Source: Octopus bimaculoides (Eukaryota). From it: a stretch of DNA of 64,000 nucleotides. Shown here one piece after another: positions 12,215 to 25,228 of the stretch; the stretch's first letter is position 1, and each line of letters starts with the position of its first letter. The stretch spans positions 77,327,748 to 77,391,747 of the forward strand of contig NC_068988.1 in the NCBI RefSeq assembly GCF_001194135.2, in the 5' to 3' direction. The notes under the pieces are model-generated. The model searched no databases. It saw nothing but the letters and a program-made list of their open reading frames with translations, and was not told where the DNA came from. The position numbers were made by a program, and so were the translations under genes.

Positions 12215-13550
12215 TAGAATCAAAGAGCCTTAGAGTCAACCTAGCTAAAACCAAAATCCTTATAAGTAGGAAGGTAGACAAAAACACAAACACCTCCAGG
12301 TAGATGGCCCTGCTCGATCTGTAGAAAAGGTGTAGGCAGAAACTCTATAAGATGCACCAAGTGCAAGCTTTGGACACATAAGAGGTGCAGCAATATCAAT
12401 GGAAGGTTAACTAGGAAGTTAGTTTTTGTATGTAACAGATGTTCAGGAGCAATAAACACTGTGAATGTGCAGAAAACAACTTCTGCCACATTCCAGGGAG
12501 GAAAACTAAACATAGTTGATAGCTTCCGCTATCTAGGTGACCAAGTAAGTAGTGAGTGGGGGTGTGCTGAAAATGTAGCTGCTAGAATAGGAATAGCCTG
12601 GGCAAAGTTCAGATAGCTCTTACCTCTGCTGGTGAAAAAGGGCCTCTCGCTCAGAGTAAAAGGTAGACTGTATGACGCATGTGTATGAACAGCCATGCTA
12701 CATGGCAGTGAAACATGGGCTGTGACTGCTGAGGACATACGTAAGATCACAAGGAATGAAGCCAGTATGCTCCGATGGATGAGTAATGGATGAGTAATGT
12801 CAGTGTGCATACTAGTCAGAGCGTAAGTACCTTGAGAGAAAAGTTGAACCTCAGAAGCATCAGTTGTGGTGTGCAAGAGAGACGATTGCGCTGGTATGGT
12901 CATGTGGCGAGAATGGATGCCGATAGCTGTGTGAAAAAGTGCCACTCCCTAGCAGTTGAGGGNNNNNNNNNNNNNNNNNNNNNNNNNNNNNNNNNNNNNN
13001 NNNNNNNNNNNNNNNNNNNNNNNNNNNNNNNNNNNNNNNNNNNNNNNNNNNNNNNNNNNNNNNNNNNNNNNNNNNNNNNNNNNNNNNNNNNNNNNNNNNN
13101 NNNNNNNNNNNNNNNNNNNNNNNNNNNNNNNNNNNNNNNNNNNNNNNNNNNNNNNNNNNNNNNNNNNNNNNNNNNNNNNNNNNNNNNNNNNNNNNNNNNN
13201 NNNNNNNNNNNNNATTATGCTGTGCGTGAGAAGACCCGGCAAGCCAAGTGAGATCTAAATCCAAGGCCTCCACCAGGGGTGTAGCCAGCCCACTTATGCG
13301 TACCTTCTTTCATTGGACACAAAACTCCACTTGCGAAGACCTGTTGAGGCAAGTGAAATTGGAATCGAACTAAATTCGACAACTGGCACCCATGCCAACG
13401 TCGCCTCCTTCATTGGACTCAAAACTCGGCTTGTGAAGACCTGTTGGGGCAAGCGAAAGCGAAATCATGATGGCACCTGTGCCCAGCGTTGCCTTCCTGG
13501 CACTTGTGCCGGTGGCACATGAAAAGACATTCGAGCGAGATCCTCCAAAT
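12215..13550 (+). mobile_element. RTE LINE 3' portion (RT C-terminus plus 3' UTR), interrupted by an N-gap
   Basis: LRVNLAKTKIL, VDSFRYLGD, AMLHGSETW, RRLRWYGHVARM. Confidence 0.85.
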
Positions 13551-14005
13551 TAAAGGACAAAATATAATTCAACTTTTTCACATATATAAATTCACTGCAA
13601 TTAGCATGGAGAAAATTTTCTCTCTGTCCAGTGTCACCACCTGCCAGGATTCCCAGACATTGATGTTTCTAGCTCCTTAGCCTAAGAGAGGCAACTCTGG
13701 ACAGAGCTTATCATAGGTATAGCTTTGACTAAAATACAATCTGTGACATTGACTGATTTGCACCAGAAGGAATGCCAGGTCATGGAAATATATCATAGGT
13801 GTATTTTAACTAACCACTGTTTGGCACTAACATTACAGTATGTATGTAGATATATATATATATATATATATACGTAAATATGTGTCTGTGTGTACATGCA
13901 TGTATGTGTATGTATATATACATACATCTATATACTTATATTTCTAATTATATTCTCTCTCTCTCATAGATACATATATATATATATATATATATNNNNN
14001 NNNNN

Positions 14006-14718
14006 AGAAGAAAAAGCAGAACCAAGGCAAAATGAGTATCTCAAGTCATTTAGAATAATTTAATTGGAGTAAGGTGAATTTGAAGTCTTACAGCTGTTTC
14101 TGGGATAACCGAAGTGGTTGGTTAGCATGTCCATGCACTGGGTATGAATATTTTAGATGGGAAAAATTTAGTTTACAAGGAATAAAATTTACAGTTTATA
14201 AGGAATAAAATAAAAGAATAAAATAGTAAAATAGAAGAATAAGGAGTAAAAGTAGTTAGAAGAATATAGGTAGGAAAATAATATTCCCAACTCATCTTTT
14301 TCCAGAGGATATGGATGTTGGTCACTACTTCTATGAGGGTACAGGATTTAGTCAAAATTTAACCAATTTTAACTAAAATCCTGTACTCTCATGGAAATAC
14401 TGACCAACAACCATATCCTCTGAAAAAAGATGAGTTGGGAATATTATTTTCCTACCTATATTCTTCTAACTACTTTTACTCCTTTTTCTTCTATTTTACT
14501 ATTTTATTCTTTTATTTTATTCCTTATAAACTGTAAATTTTATTCCTTGTAAACTAAATTTTTCCCATCTAAAATATTCATACCCAGTGCATGGACATGC
14601 TAACCAACCACTTCGGTTATCCCAGAAACAGCTGTAAGACTTCAAATTCACCTTATCCTAATTAAATTATTCTAAATGACTTGAGGTACTCGTTCTGACT
14701 TGGCTTTGATTTTTTCTT
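14006..14718. repeat. ~710-bp palindrome (arms ~355 bp, loop 14360-14364), Penelope pLTR-like, with the 3' half of a hammerhead motif
   Basis: Arms are reverse-complementary; GAAAC-AGCT-GTA-AGAC in each arm, but no upstream CTGANGA found. Confidence 0.8.
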
Positions 14719-14829
14719 TAATATGATATAATATAATATATATATATGTGTGTGTGTGTTGTTGTTGTTGTTGCATGTTCCTTTTTGAGCTAAGCCTGGC
14801 TCACAAGGGCCAGTTTTCTGGTTTCATTG

Positions 14830-16841
14830 ACGTATAGCTTCGTCTTCCACTAGTAAACATCAGTAAAATCTAATTTCAAGAATAATTTTCTACCGTTTAA
14901 TTTCGAGATTTCCTCTGGGCTAGGTAATGTGTAGTTATACAGTCTTAAACAATTGTTTAGTTCCATTGAGAAATCTGCACATACACGAATTTTATTGTTC
15001 TTTTATTTTTTATATACACGGGTGGAGACATTCAATGTGAATAGTTGGTCTTTTCAGCCACTTCCATTTTTTCCAGCCTGTCTAATTCTTTATTTACATG
15101 TTCCAGTGCTGTAAACATTACGTTTGAGTTTGAAAGCTGGTAATGCATTTTCTTTAACCTGAAATTTGGCTTTGAATTTATTGCACTGACCCAACTCGTC
15201 CGAGAAAACATCAGGGAACAACTTTTTCAGTTCTTTTAAAAAATTTTCTGACTCTATTTTAGAACTGATGCATGACCCCATTACATTTTTACAAAAATTA
15301 TTTATGGGTAAATCCCATAAGTTGAACACTTCCCTCCAGTCATTTCCAAAAAGGTTGCTTGTAATTCTTAATGCATAAACTTTCACTTTTATAGTTTTAC
15401 TGCAGAATGTAATGTTGCAGATAATTTCACCTTTAAAAATTAATCTAATCCCGAGACTCCATATGCAATCTTCGAGGTTTCCCGATTGTGTTTCCATGTA
15501 TTTCCTGATTGTTTTCCATGTATTTTCATTAACTAAAGTAAGGTCATTACCTGTATCTAACTGTAATTTTACATTCGTGTTATTAATTTTTACATACAGA
15601 AATTTCCTTTGAGTCTCGTTTGTATTTCTTGTCACCGATAAACTGTTTTGACCTATCTTACCACACATGAAACATTTTCAACTTTTATAAGGACAGACGA
15701 ATCTGGAGCATAATTCTCCACATGCAAAACATGGGTTAATTTTCTGCTTTTCATTTCTTACTTTCGGTCGCACTGGCTGTGTATGAGAGCAGTTTCTCAA
15801 TCAATTTGTTCTATATCGTGCCTTAGGTTGATTATTCTCTGGCATTCCTCGGATATTTCTTGTAGTGTAAGCTTCTGATTCTGTTCTAATTTTGTCCAAA
15901 TTCGGTTAAGAATTTCCACATCTTTCTTTGCTGTTAAACTTGGCATGAAAATTAAGCATTTAAAAAAATCTGGTTTTAGTTCATAATTTTAAATCTCACG
16001 CATTCTCTATTAACAATTCCAGCGTATGTAATAAAATTTTCAACCTCTTTTTTTTTGTAATATTCATGCATCACCAGCACATATTAAATAAAGAGATTTT
16101 TCTTTTTTGCTAAAAATCTTTGATAGAATGTTCACCTTTATTTCAAAACAGACTTCACCCGTTTTTTATTTTTTTTTGACAATATGCAATTTCAATATTT
16201 CTCGTGCTTGGCTGGTGCCAGCTTTCTCAACAAAAGTCGAGTTTTTTCTCATCGTGCCATTCTTTTCTAACAATTTCCTCATACCTTCTAAAGTAAGCAG
16301 AGACGGTAGTACCATCCTCTGGTTAAGTCTGCGACAGTGTTGGGGTGAACAAACTTGATGTATTTTCTGTTTTCTTCTGTATCATCTATACTAATAGTTG
16401 GTGTTGCTTCTGAAATTCCAACAACTGTTGTTGTTGTTTCTGTAATTCAATCACCAATGCTAGTAAACCTGCCATGTTCAGGCAAAAATCGGTCCACCAT
16501 GAGCTTCGAGTAATCTCATTGCCAAAAATGTTATGTTATGACGTGGGTATACATGTCTGGTGAAAAACACAAATAAATGGTTGGTTGTGGTTATCTAAAA
16601 ATAGCCTATCGCAGAAAAATATGTTAACATAGAGTGCACTCCGTACTACTTGAATGTAAGTACGATACTCATGATTTACTGTTCAAGTACCGACTGTTAC
16701 ATGTCGAACTAACATGGTTAATCAAGACGGATGAACTAACACCGTCAACTACGCCCATTGACAGTTCACTCAGTTCTTATTTATTGTAACTGGTTAGTCC
16801 ACCTTCAGTCATATGGGGATGTTCAGGATTCTCCCATAACA
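14830..16841 (-). mobile_element. Ty3/Gypsy Mag-like retrotransposon relic: 5' LTR, gag with two Zn knuckles, protease, RT start
   Basis: CFACGELCSRFVCPYKS*KCFMCGKIG; LQLDTGND; LFPDVFSDELG; KIRVCADFS; 3' part truncated. Confidence 0.8.
16529..16841 (-). mobile_element. 5' LTR (313 bp) of the Mag-like element, followed by a PBS-like TTTTTGGCAATGAG
   Basis: Terminal inverted TGTTATG...CATAACA; the PBS-like tract lies immediately internal. Confidence 0.7.
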
Positions 16842-16895
16842 CCATCCAAGCAGGCCAGCATCGAAAATGGACATTAAATGATGATGATGATGACG

Positions 16896-17047
16896 GGCTT
16901 TTTTCAATCTCTGTCTACCAAATCCATTCACAAAGCTTTGGTCAGCCTGAGGCTATAGAAGAAGACACTTGTGCAAGGTGCAATGTAGTGGGACTGACCC
17001 TGGAACCACGTTGTTGAGAAGTAAGCTTCTTACCAGACAGCCATGCG
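16896..17047 (-). mobile_element. tRNA-like SINE head
   Basis: Reverse complement of the head with A/B-box-like motifs, homologous to the 50077 copy. Confidence 0.7.
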
Positions 17048-17089
17048 TACATAGATATATGTATGCATATACATATATATATAGATAGG

Positions 17090-17126
<37 letters not shown>

Positions 17127-17914
17127 ATATATNNNNNNNNNNNNNNNNNNNNNNNNNNNNNNNNNNNNNNNNNNNNNNNNNNNNNNNNNNNNNNNNNNNN
17201 NNNNNNNNNNNNNNNNNNNNNNNNNNNNNNNNNNNNNNNNNNNNNNNNNNNNNNNNNNNNNNNNNNNNNNNNNNNNNNNNNNNNNNNNNNNNNNNNNNNN
17301 NNNNNNNNNNNNNNNNNNNNNNNNNNNNNNNNNNNNNNNNNNNNNNNNNNNNNNNNNNNNNNNNNNNNNNNNNNNNNNNNNNNNNNNNNNNNNNNNNNNN
17401 NNNNNNNNNNNNNNNNNNNNNNNNNNNNNNNNNNNNNNNNNNNNNNNNNNNNNNNNNNNNNNNNNNNNNNNNNNNNNNNNNNNNNNNNNNNNNNNNNNNN
17501 NNNNNNNNNNNNNNNNNNNNNNNNNNNNNNNNNNNNNNNNNNNNNNNNNNNNNNNNNNNNNNNNNNNNNNNNNNNNNNNNNNNNNNNNNNNNNNNNNNNN
17601 NNNNNNNNNNNNNNNNNNNNNNNNNNNNNNNNNNNNNNNNNNNNNNNNNNNNNNNNNNNNNNNNNNNNNNNNNNNNNNNNNNNNNNNNNNNNNNNNNNNN
17701 NNNNNNNNNNNNNNNNNNNNNNNNNNNNNNNNNNNNNNNNNNNNNNNNNNNNNNNNNNNNNNNNNNNNNNNNNNNNNNNNNNNNNNNNNNNNNNNNNNNN
17801 NNNNNNNNNNNNNNNNNNNNNNNNNNNNNNNNNNNNNNNNNNNNNNNNNNNNNNNNNNNNNNNNNNNNNNNNNNNNNNNNNNNNNNNNNNNNNNNNNNNN
17901 NNNNNNNNNNNNNN

Positions 17915-18560
17915 TGTTAAATACTGTAAAACGTGCCACACCTGCCAGACAATTGGAAAACCTAACCAAATCATTCCAAAGGTTCTATTACAACCAATTC
18001 CAGCCTTTGGAGAGCCATTCTCGCGCGTCATCATTGACTGTATCGGACTAAAATCAATATCTGATTACCATCATGTGTGCCTGTACCCAATTCCCAGAAG
18101 CTATCCCACTGAGGGACATTACGGCCAAGAACATTTTAAAGTCGCTCGTCAAGTTTTTCACCACTTTTGGACATCCGAAAGTGTTACAGTCGGACCAAGG
18201 TTCCAACTTCATGTCCAAAGTTTTTCAGCACGTTCTGTACGAATTAAACATCCATCAGGTCGAAATCAGCGCTTACCATCCTAAGTCACAAGGTGCCTTA
18301 GAACGTTTCAACCTGACATTAAAAAACAAGGATTGGGATGAAGGATTTCCATTACTGTTGTTTGCAGCCCGAGAAGTCGTACAAGAATCCCTTGGATTTA
18401 GTTCTTTTGAACTCGTCTACGGTCATACTGTTCACGGTCCTCTGAAGCTCGTGAAGGAGAAGTGGTTAGGAGGCGACAGTGTTACCATTAGCCTACTAGA
18501 TTATGTGACAGACTTCAAGACCAGACTACACGGTGCATTGGAGATGGCCAGGCAAAACCC
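17915..18560 (+). mobile_element. Gypsy integrase fragment (Zn-finger end plus catalytic core); inverted duplicate of 18595-18910
   Basis: FPEAIPLRDITAKNI, LQSDQGSNF, AYHPKSQGALERFN. Confidence 0.85.
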
Positions 18561-18594
18561 TCAAGTTATCTCAAGACGACATGAAAACCTGGTG

Positions 18595-20200
18595 TGACAA
18601 AAACTTTGGACATGAAGTTGGAACCTTGGTCCGACTGTAACACTTTCGGATGTCCAAAAGTGGTGAAAAACTTGACGAGCGACTTTAAAATGTTCTTGGC
18701 CGTAATGTCCCTCAGTGGGATAGCTTCTGGGAATTGGGTACAGGCACACATGATGGTAATCAGATATTGATTTTAGTCCGATATAGTCAATGATGACGCG
18801 CGAGAATGGCTCTCCAAAGGCTGGAATTCGTTGTAATGGAACCTTTGGAATGATTTGGTTAGGTTTTCCAATTGTCTGGCAGGTGTGGCACGTTTTACAG
18901 TATTTAACAATGCCTCGACACATCTTTGGCCAATAGAAATGACGTCTGACACGGTCTAAGGTCTTGTTGGTGCCCAGATGTCCAGATAACTTGTGATCGT
19001 GGGCCAAGCTCAGTATGACCGACTGGTAACGTCTTGGGACGACAATTTGATGAATAGTGCTCCACTGGCTGTCAGCTGTGACGTCAAGAGGTCTCCATTT
19101 TCTCATCAGAATATCAAATTTCTTATAAAAGCAGACTGGGACATTTCCAGCTTAGTCTTCGTTTAAGGCACTGTGCGATAATTGAAGTTTCTCAGGATCT
19201 TCTTGCTCCTTAATAAGCGTGTTCCGATCAAGAGATGTAGAAAATGACTGGTGGTCATTTGTAGAACTGTTACGAGTGTTGAAAATCTCGTTATGAGATA
19301 CAAACGTATCAGACAAATCAATGCAATCATCCTCTGTGGGAAAACGACGACTTTGTGAACGGGTAATAGCACAGGCGGGAAAAATGTCTGGAAACTCTTC
19401 TGCAAGTTGCTCTGTACTGGGATCCTCTATGGGCATATCGGTGACACGAAGCTCTGGAATCACCTTACTTCCATGCCTAGCAACATGGAAACTCCTTCAG
19501 CGAGTATAAATTGTCAAAAACCAACAACTACTGAGCCCGTAACCAGTTCCGACTGTACATGTATTTGGTGAAGAGGGAACGGCGGTTACTCCACATTCTA
19601 GACCCAAAATAAGCACTCTGGCTCCAATTGAATTCTTCTCAGAAAACGGAAGGACGTCTTCCGAGATTAGACTCTGAGAAGTTCCGGTAGCCCGCAGGAT
19701 TTTAATGGGCTTCAAATGGGTATCACCAACCAAAGAAACCAATCCATCTGTGACGAATTGCTTGCAGTAATCTTCAATAGCATCATCAGATGTGTCAAAA
19801 GTACCAGTTTTAGGCACAACAGCGGGCTGGTCAGGGTCAAGAATCTCAGCTTCTGAGGTAGATGAGACGAAGGCATTAGACGTCGAAGGGTTGTTCTTGT
19901 TTTTCAATTTGTAACAATCCGAGATCAGGTGTCCAGGTTTCTTACAATACGAACACTGTTGGATAAAATATTAGGCGTCGTGGTGTCAGAATTAGATATT
20001 TCCTTTTTGTCGGTGTCTTCTTTTCCTTTAGACGTTACTTGATCACTCTTCTTTGGATGACTTTTCTGTGGCTGGAATCTTGATGGCATTTTTTTGTGGG
20101 TGAAGTAATACTCATTGGCCAGACTAGCAGCATTATGTAACTCAGTAGCTTTTTGTTCATCAATATAAGTTTTTAGCTCAACAGGTACACGACTCTTCAA
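18595..20200 (-). mobile_element. Gmr1-like Gypsy relic: gag CCHC, protease, then integrase with no RT in between
   Basis: CSYCKKPGHLISDC; ILRATGTSQSLI (DTG mutated); FPACAITRSQ; AHDHKLSGHLG...FYWP...CKTCHTCQ. Confidence 0.8.
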
Positions 20201-20229
20201 TTAATAATATTTGTCTATGTTTGTCAGAG

Positions 20230-21047
20230 GACACCGATGAACAAGCTGGAGGACTTGGACTACGCAAATGATCTCGCGCTACTGTCACATTGCCTGCAAG
20301 ACATGTAAGATAAGGTAGACCACCTGAAAGAAACTTCACGGCCAGTGGGCTTGAGGATCAGCCAGGAAAAGACAAAAGTGATGCGTATCAACAACAAGTA
20401 GGAAGAGTCAATCACAATCGAGGGGGCACCTGTGGAGGAACGTTAGTGAGTTTGTCTCTCTTGGCAGCAAGATCAGCAAATCAGGTGGATCATACGAGGA
20501 CATCACTGCAAGAAACAAGAAGGCTTGGCAAGCCTTCGCTATTCTCTGGTCGGTATGGAAGTCCACTGCCATCTCAGCTCAAACTAAACTCCGCTTATGT
20601 AGTTCAAACGTAAAATCTATGCTTTTGTATGGCTCTGAAACATGGAGAGCCACCTGCAGCCACTACAAGAAGATCCAGACCTTCATAAACAAATGTCTCC
20701 GGCAGATCCTCCATCTGAAGTGGTTCGACAGAGTGCCAGACACCGACCTGTGGGAAAGAGCCAACCAGGAGCCCATACATGTTCAGATTAGACGAAGGAA
20801 ATGGAGATGGATCGGAGCACATTGCGGAAAGAAGCCTCAAATGTGACACGACAAGCACTTGACTGGAACCTGCAGGGGAAAAGGAAGCGAGGACGCCCGA
20901 AGCAGACATGGAAGCAGAGCATTTTGGACGAGCTCAGGACCACCGGCCTGACATAGGAAGCAGCCAAGAAACACGCCAATGACCGCAAAAAGCGGAAAAT
21001 AACTGTTGAGGCCGTATGCTCCACAAGGGGAAAAAAGAATTAAGAGA
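20230..21047 (+). mobile_element. 5'-truncated RTE LINE (RT C-terminal part)
   Basis: LEDLDYANDLALLSH, LLYGSETW, RRRKWRWIG, WNLQGKRKRGRP. Confidence 0.85.
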
Positions 21048-21764
21048 GTTGTTTGTCCTAATCACCATTAAGATTATTTGATGAACACCACCTGTCAAAC
21101 ATTATTTCCTTTTCACTGGCAAATTCAAACATAAGTTTGATTGTCAAGCTTCTTGTAGTTACGAAATTGTCTGCCTCTAACCTTCAGGGACTAATTCATA
21201 TGCGTTCAGAATGGTTTGATTTACATACTTGTAATCATAAATTGAAAATAATATAAAATAAATTACAATGAATTACGTAAAATGCCTTCATGCATAGCTG
21301 GGACATAGGGAAATATATATATAAAGACAGCATAGCCAGAACAAATTTAAACAGGTGCATATCTGAAAATGTAATCAGTGGTAACGATAATTTATTTGTG
21401 TATTTAAGCAGTGAATCAGGAATCAGCTCAATACGCTTCTAACTTGGCACATTTTAGTACTAAATAATACGAAATTCATCTTATGATTTTAATTTTATAA
21501 ATTAATTATCTAAAGATTTCTGAATCGAAACAGGTGTCAGAGATGTTGTCATATTTTATAATTAATGAGTAATTTTATTAATTACCTCTCCATTTTCTCC
21601 TTGTTCTTTAAATATATAATTGAATGAACCACGGTTTAAATGGTTACCTTATATTTGAACTTTCTATAGATTGGCAACTAACCTGTATTTTCATTGGATT
21701 TATGATCTCTTAATGAGGTTTATTACCTTTACTTGATTATATATATACTTTCGTATGTATGTGC

Positions 21765-21802
<38 letters not shown>

Positions 21803-22319
21803 TCACATGCATATATATATATATATACACACACACGCGCATATACATATTCCTCACATCTATATACATAGACACACACAAATATATGTACGTGCTTGTG
21901 TGTTTGTGTGTGTGTGTATGTGTGTGTGTAAAGAAACTGCAGAGTATTACTTTAAAAGTTTCGAGTACGATTTTTTTGGATTTTGAAACGTTTTTTTTAT
22001 TCTTTCAGCAAATTATTACTTACATTATGAATGTATTCACAGAATGTCTACAGTTCTTCAGTTTATCTATAGTCTTTTAAAATCTTCTCAAAGATTATGT
22101 AAAACAGAAAAATACACTAAAAAAGATCCACAAAAATAAAAGAAAGAAAACCTTAAATTCCATTCGTTTTCATTGTTTTGCTTTTTTAAAGTGTAAACTG
22201 TTAGCAGTGTGTCTGATGTTGATCTCTGATTTGAGAAATTGCTTTTGTTAATAGTCACAATTCTATTTGTATGAAATGTGTTTTATATATTACATATTAG
22301 TTTGTTGTTGTTTATTCAG

Positions 22320-22371
22320 GCCATTAATCTGTGTTTTCTACAAGGAGGATACTAAAGACACAAAAGATAAG
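22320..22371 (+). other. Candidate isolated host exon (52 bp; PLICVFYKEDTKDTKDK)
   Basis: tttattcAG acceptor, AAG|GTGAGT donor, one open frame, non-repetitive context; no recognisable homology. Confidence 0.3.
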
Positions 22372-22864
22372 GTGAGTAATCCTAAATATCTTTAATACTT
22401 AAATTGTTGTTAAACATTTTAAAACAAACAAAATAATCAAAATACGTAATCTTTTTTTTTTAATTTCAAAATAACCATTAAATTAAACTGCCAACTTATT
22501 CCAGATTGACATTTTGTGTTTTCCTTTTTTTTAAAAATCAGACTAATCATTTAGTTGTGAAAGAACATTGACACATCTGCTGTTGAAACATTCGAGTCAG
22601 TGACATCATTACATAGTGAGGACAGTAAAATCTAATTAATTAATTCTACTTATTTAATGTAGAGAAAAAAATATTAGCTTAGTGACAGAAATATTAATTT
22701 TAATCTTGCCAAGTAAGGGCAACAACTTTTGATGTGTTTCTACTTTAACAGTCTTTGCATTTACTTGATTAGCAATAAGATAATTAACATATTGATTGTT
22801 GAAATAACACCGACGGAAATATTTACTGATGTGTCATAAGCACCATAGGAAAGATTTACCTCCA

Positions 22865-23720
22865 AGTAAGTAAATTCAAAACAAGATGAGTAAATTTTAA
22901 ATCAGATGGGAAAATTAAAAACTGAATAAATCTGAAATCAAGTGAGCAAATTTTAAACTAGTAAAGTTAACTGGAAATTAGATAAGTAAATTTAAAACCA
23001 GAATGGTAAATAATTTAAACCAAGGTGAGTAAAATTAAAATCAGATGAATAAATATAAAACAAGATGATTAAATATAAAGCCATATGAACGAATTTAAAA
23101 GAAGATTAATTTTAAATCAAGCCAAAAATATTCAAAACAAGATAAGCAATTTTGCAGTAAACTTAATAAATTTAAAACACGATGAATAAATTTAAAACTG
23201 GAAGAGTAAATTCAAAACAGGATAAGTAATGAATTGCTGATCTTCATGTTTCTTCTAAAATTTTACCATAAAACCAGATGAATAATTTAAGCTCAGATGA
23301 TTAAAATGGAGGTTAGCTCCCATATGAACGCAACTTAAAAGTTGGCTCCAGATGAGTAGAACCATTACTTAGTTAGTTTTAAAGAAAGACATTAGTTAGC
23401 TTCAAACAGCAGACAAGTAGAATCATAAATCAGAAGTAAACTGCAGATGAGTAGAACCTTAGATAGAGCTTAACTCCAGATAAGTGGAACCATAACATAG
23501 AGGCTCACTTCTGATGAGCCTCCTATGTAGAACCATAATTCAGAGGTAAACAAGTAGAATCAGTATTGGTTATCTCTTACATGTTGAACCAATGACTAAA
23601 GGTTTAATCCAGAAAAGTAGAATTAAAACACAGTTATTAGTGCCACACATGTAGGACTATAAGGCAGAGGTTAGTTTCTCATGAGAAAGACCATAAAACA
23701 AAAGTTAGCTCAAGTGAATA
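22865..23720. repeat. Degenerate minisatellite: ~20-bp unit changing to a ~34-bp unit, shared agatgagta core
   Basis: Recurrent agatgagtaaatttaaaac, then agatgagtagaaccataa..agaggttagctcc. Confidence 0.65.
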
Positions 23721-25228
23721 AAACTAAGACAGTTTGCAGAAAACAAAGAAGCCAAGTCAATAACAAATCCTGTATGCGATTGCTTGCCACTCAAGACATA
23801 TCAACCAAATGTCCCCCCAAAAAAGGGACATTTAGTTGAAGGAAACATTGGTTAATGCAGATACATTGACATTAGGTCTGAAATTAGATTGGTTGTTCAT
23901 GGTTGGAATGTTTTGACCACTTATTTGTTCAATCAGAAATTACTGCAGGGAAATAATAATCACAGCTAAGTGAAATTCACTCCCTCTGTGTTACAAATAT
24001 ATTTCACAGTAGTGGTAGGAAGTAATGAACTGTACAGCCTTCTGGTCTTTTGAATTCTAAGTTGTTGAACTAAAATAAAATAAAATCAATTTTAGAGTGA
24101 AAATTGATATCACCTGACAAAAACACTTTAATCGATATATTCATTAATCTTTGATAAAAACATGATGGACTTGGTTGCATGGTATTTTACAATGAAGAAT
24201 ATTCCTGGAGGTGTGATTAACTATCTTGCTATTAAAGGATGAGACATGGGAAATGGGGTATGACATCTTCCTGATTCTCGAAAAGATATTAAACTCACAG
24301 AGTACTCAAACTGTATTTTATATCAATCAATATGAACTCTCTAAACACCAATTAAATTTCTGATATTTAACTTGCAATTTTAGAGCAATCAATTTTACTT
24401 GTTCTAGCCAATAAAATGTGGCTATGGTGAAGCAATGCTGGAGAGAAACAAAACAGGAACTGAATTTCATTTCCTTTCAGTTCTTTCAAAATCCAAGGTA
24501 ACTGTAATAACCTCTATCTTGGAAGATGTGAAAACATTTGTGAAGAAAGCTAATGGGTTTCACACCTGATTTATTGCAAACACCAAGGTGGATATTTCTT
24601 ACTGCAATGCAATGGTGCAACATGTCTTAAGAAGGACTGATTCTCAAACAACACTTGATTATTTTTTCCAATGCAACTATATAAACATACTCACTCACAT
24701 ATACAGGAATATAGCTATGTACATGCAGAAACATACCCACAAATGAATGTATAAGAGAAAGTGAGCTAAGTTGAAAGAATATCCTTTTTATCAGAAATAA
24801 ATCACCGAGTGGAAACTGTGTAATCATCTTGCCACAGGCTCATCTACAAATTTTAACCATATTGTTATCAAGTTAGTACAGTAACTTTTCAAGTGTACAG
24901 AAAAGTTTCTCTCTTTTTCATCTATGATAAAGTAAACTGATCACTTGTTAGTAATATTCAGTTTCTTTAGTTAATAGTGTAGTTAGGAATGGATGTTTTT
25001 GTGTGTTGATTGTTTAGTAGAAAGTAATCAGAGGCAGTAAATAATGTACCTGTTGTGTATCCTGCTTATCTTGAAGTAATTACTATGTGTCAATAGTTGG
25101 ATCATGATGGAGGCAGGGATAATCAAACATTATAAATTACCTATTCTTGTGGAGTGGGGGATTCTTGTAAAGTGTAGTTTTGTTGCCAACCAGTGTTTCT
25201 CTATTTAGTGTTGAGTTATGTTGGGCAG

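Noticed and set aside
23505-23530. CTGATGA motif as a hammerhead (similar hits near 35833, 40017 and 62368)
   Set aside because: No stem II-GAAA-stem III-NUH arrangement follows
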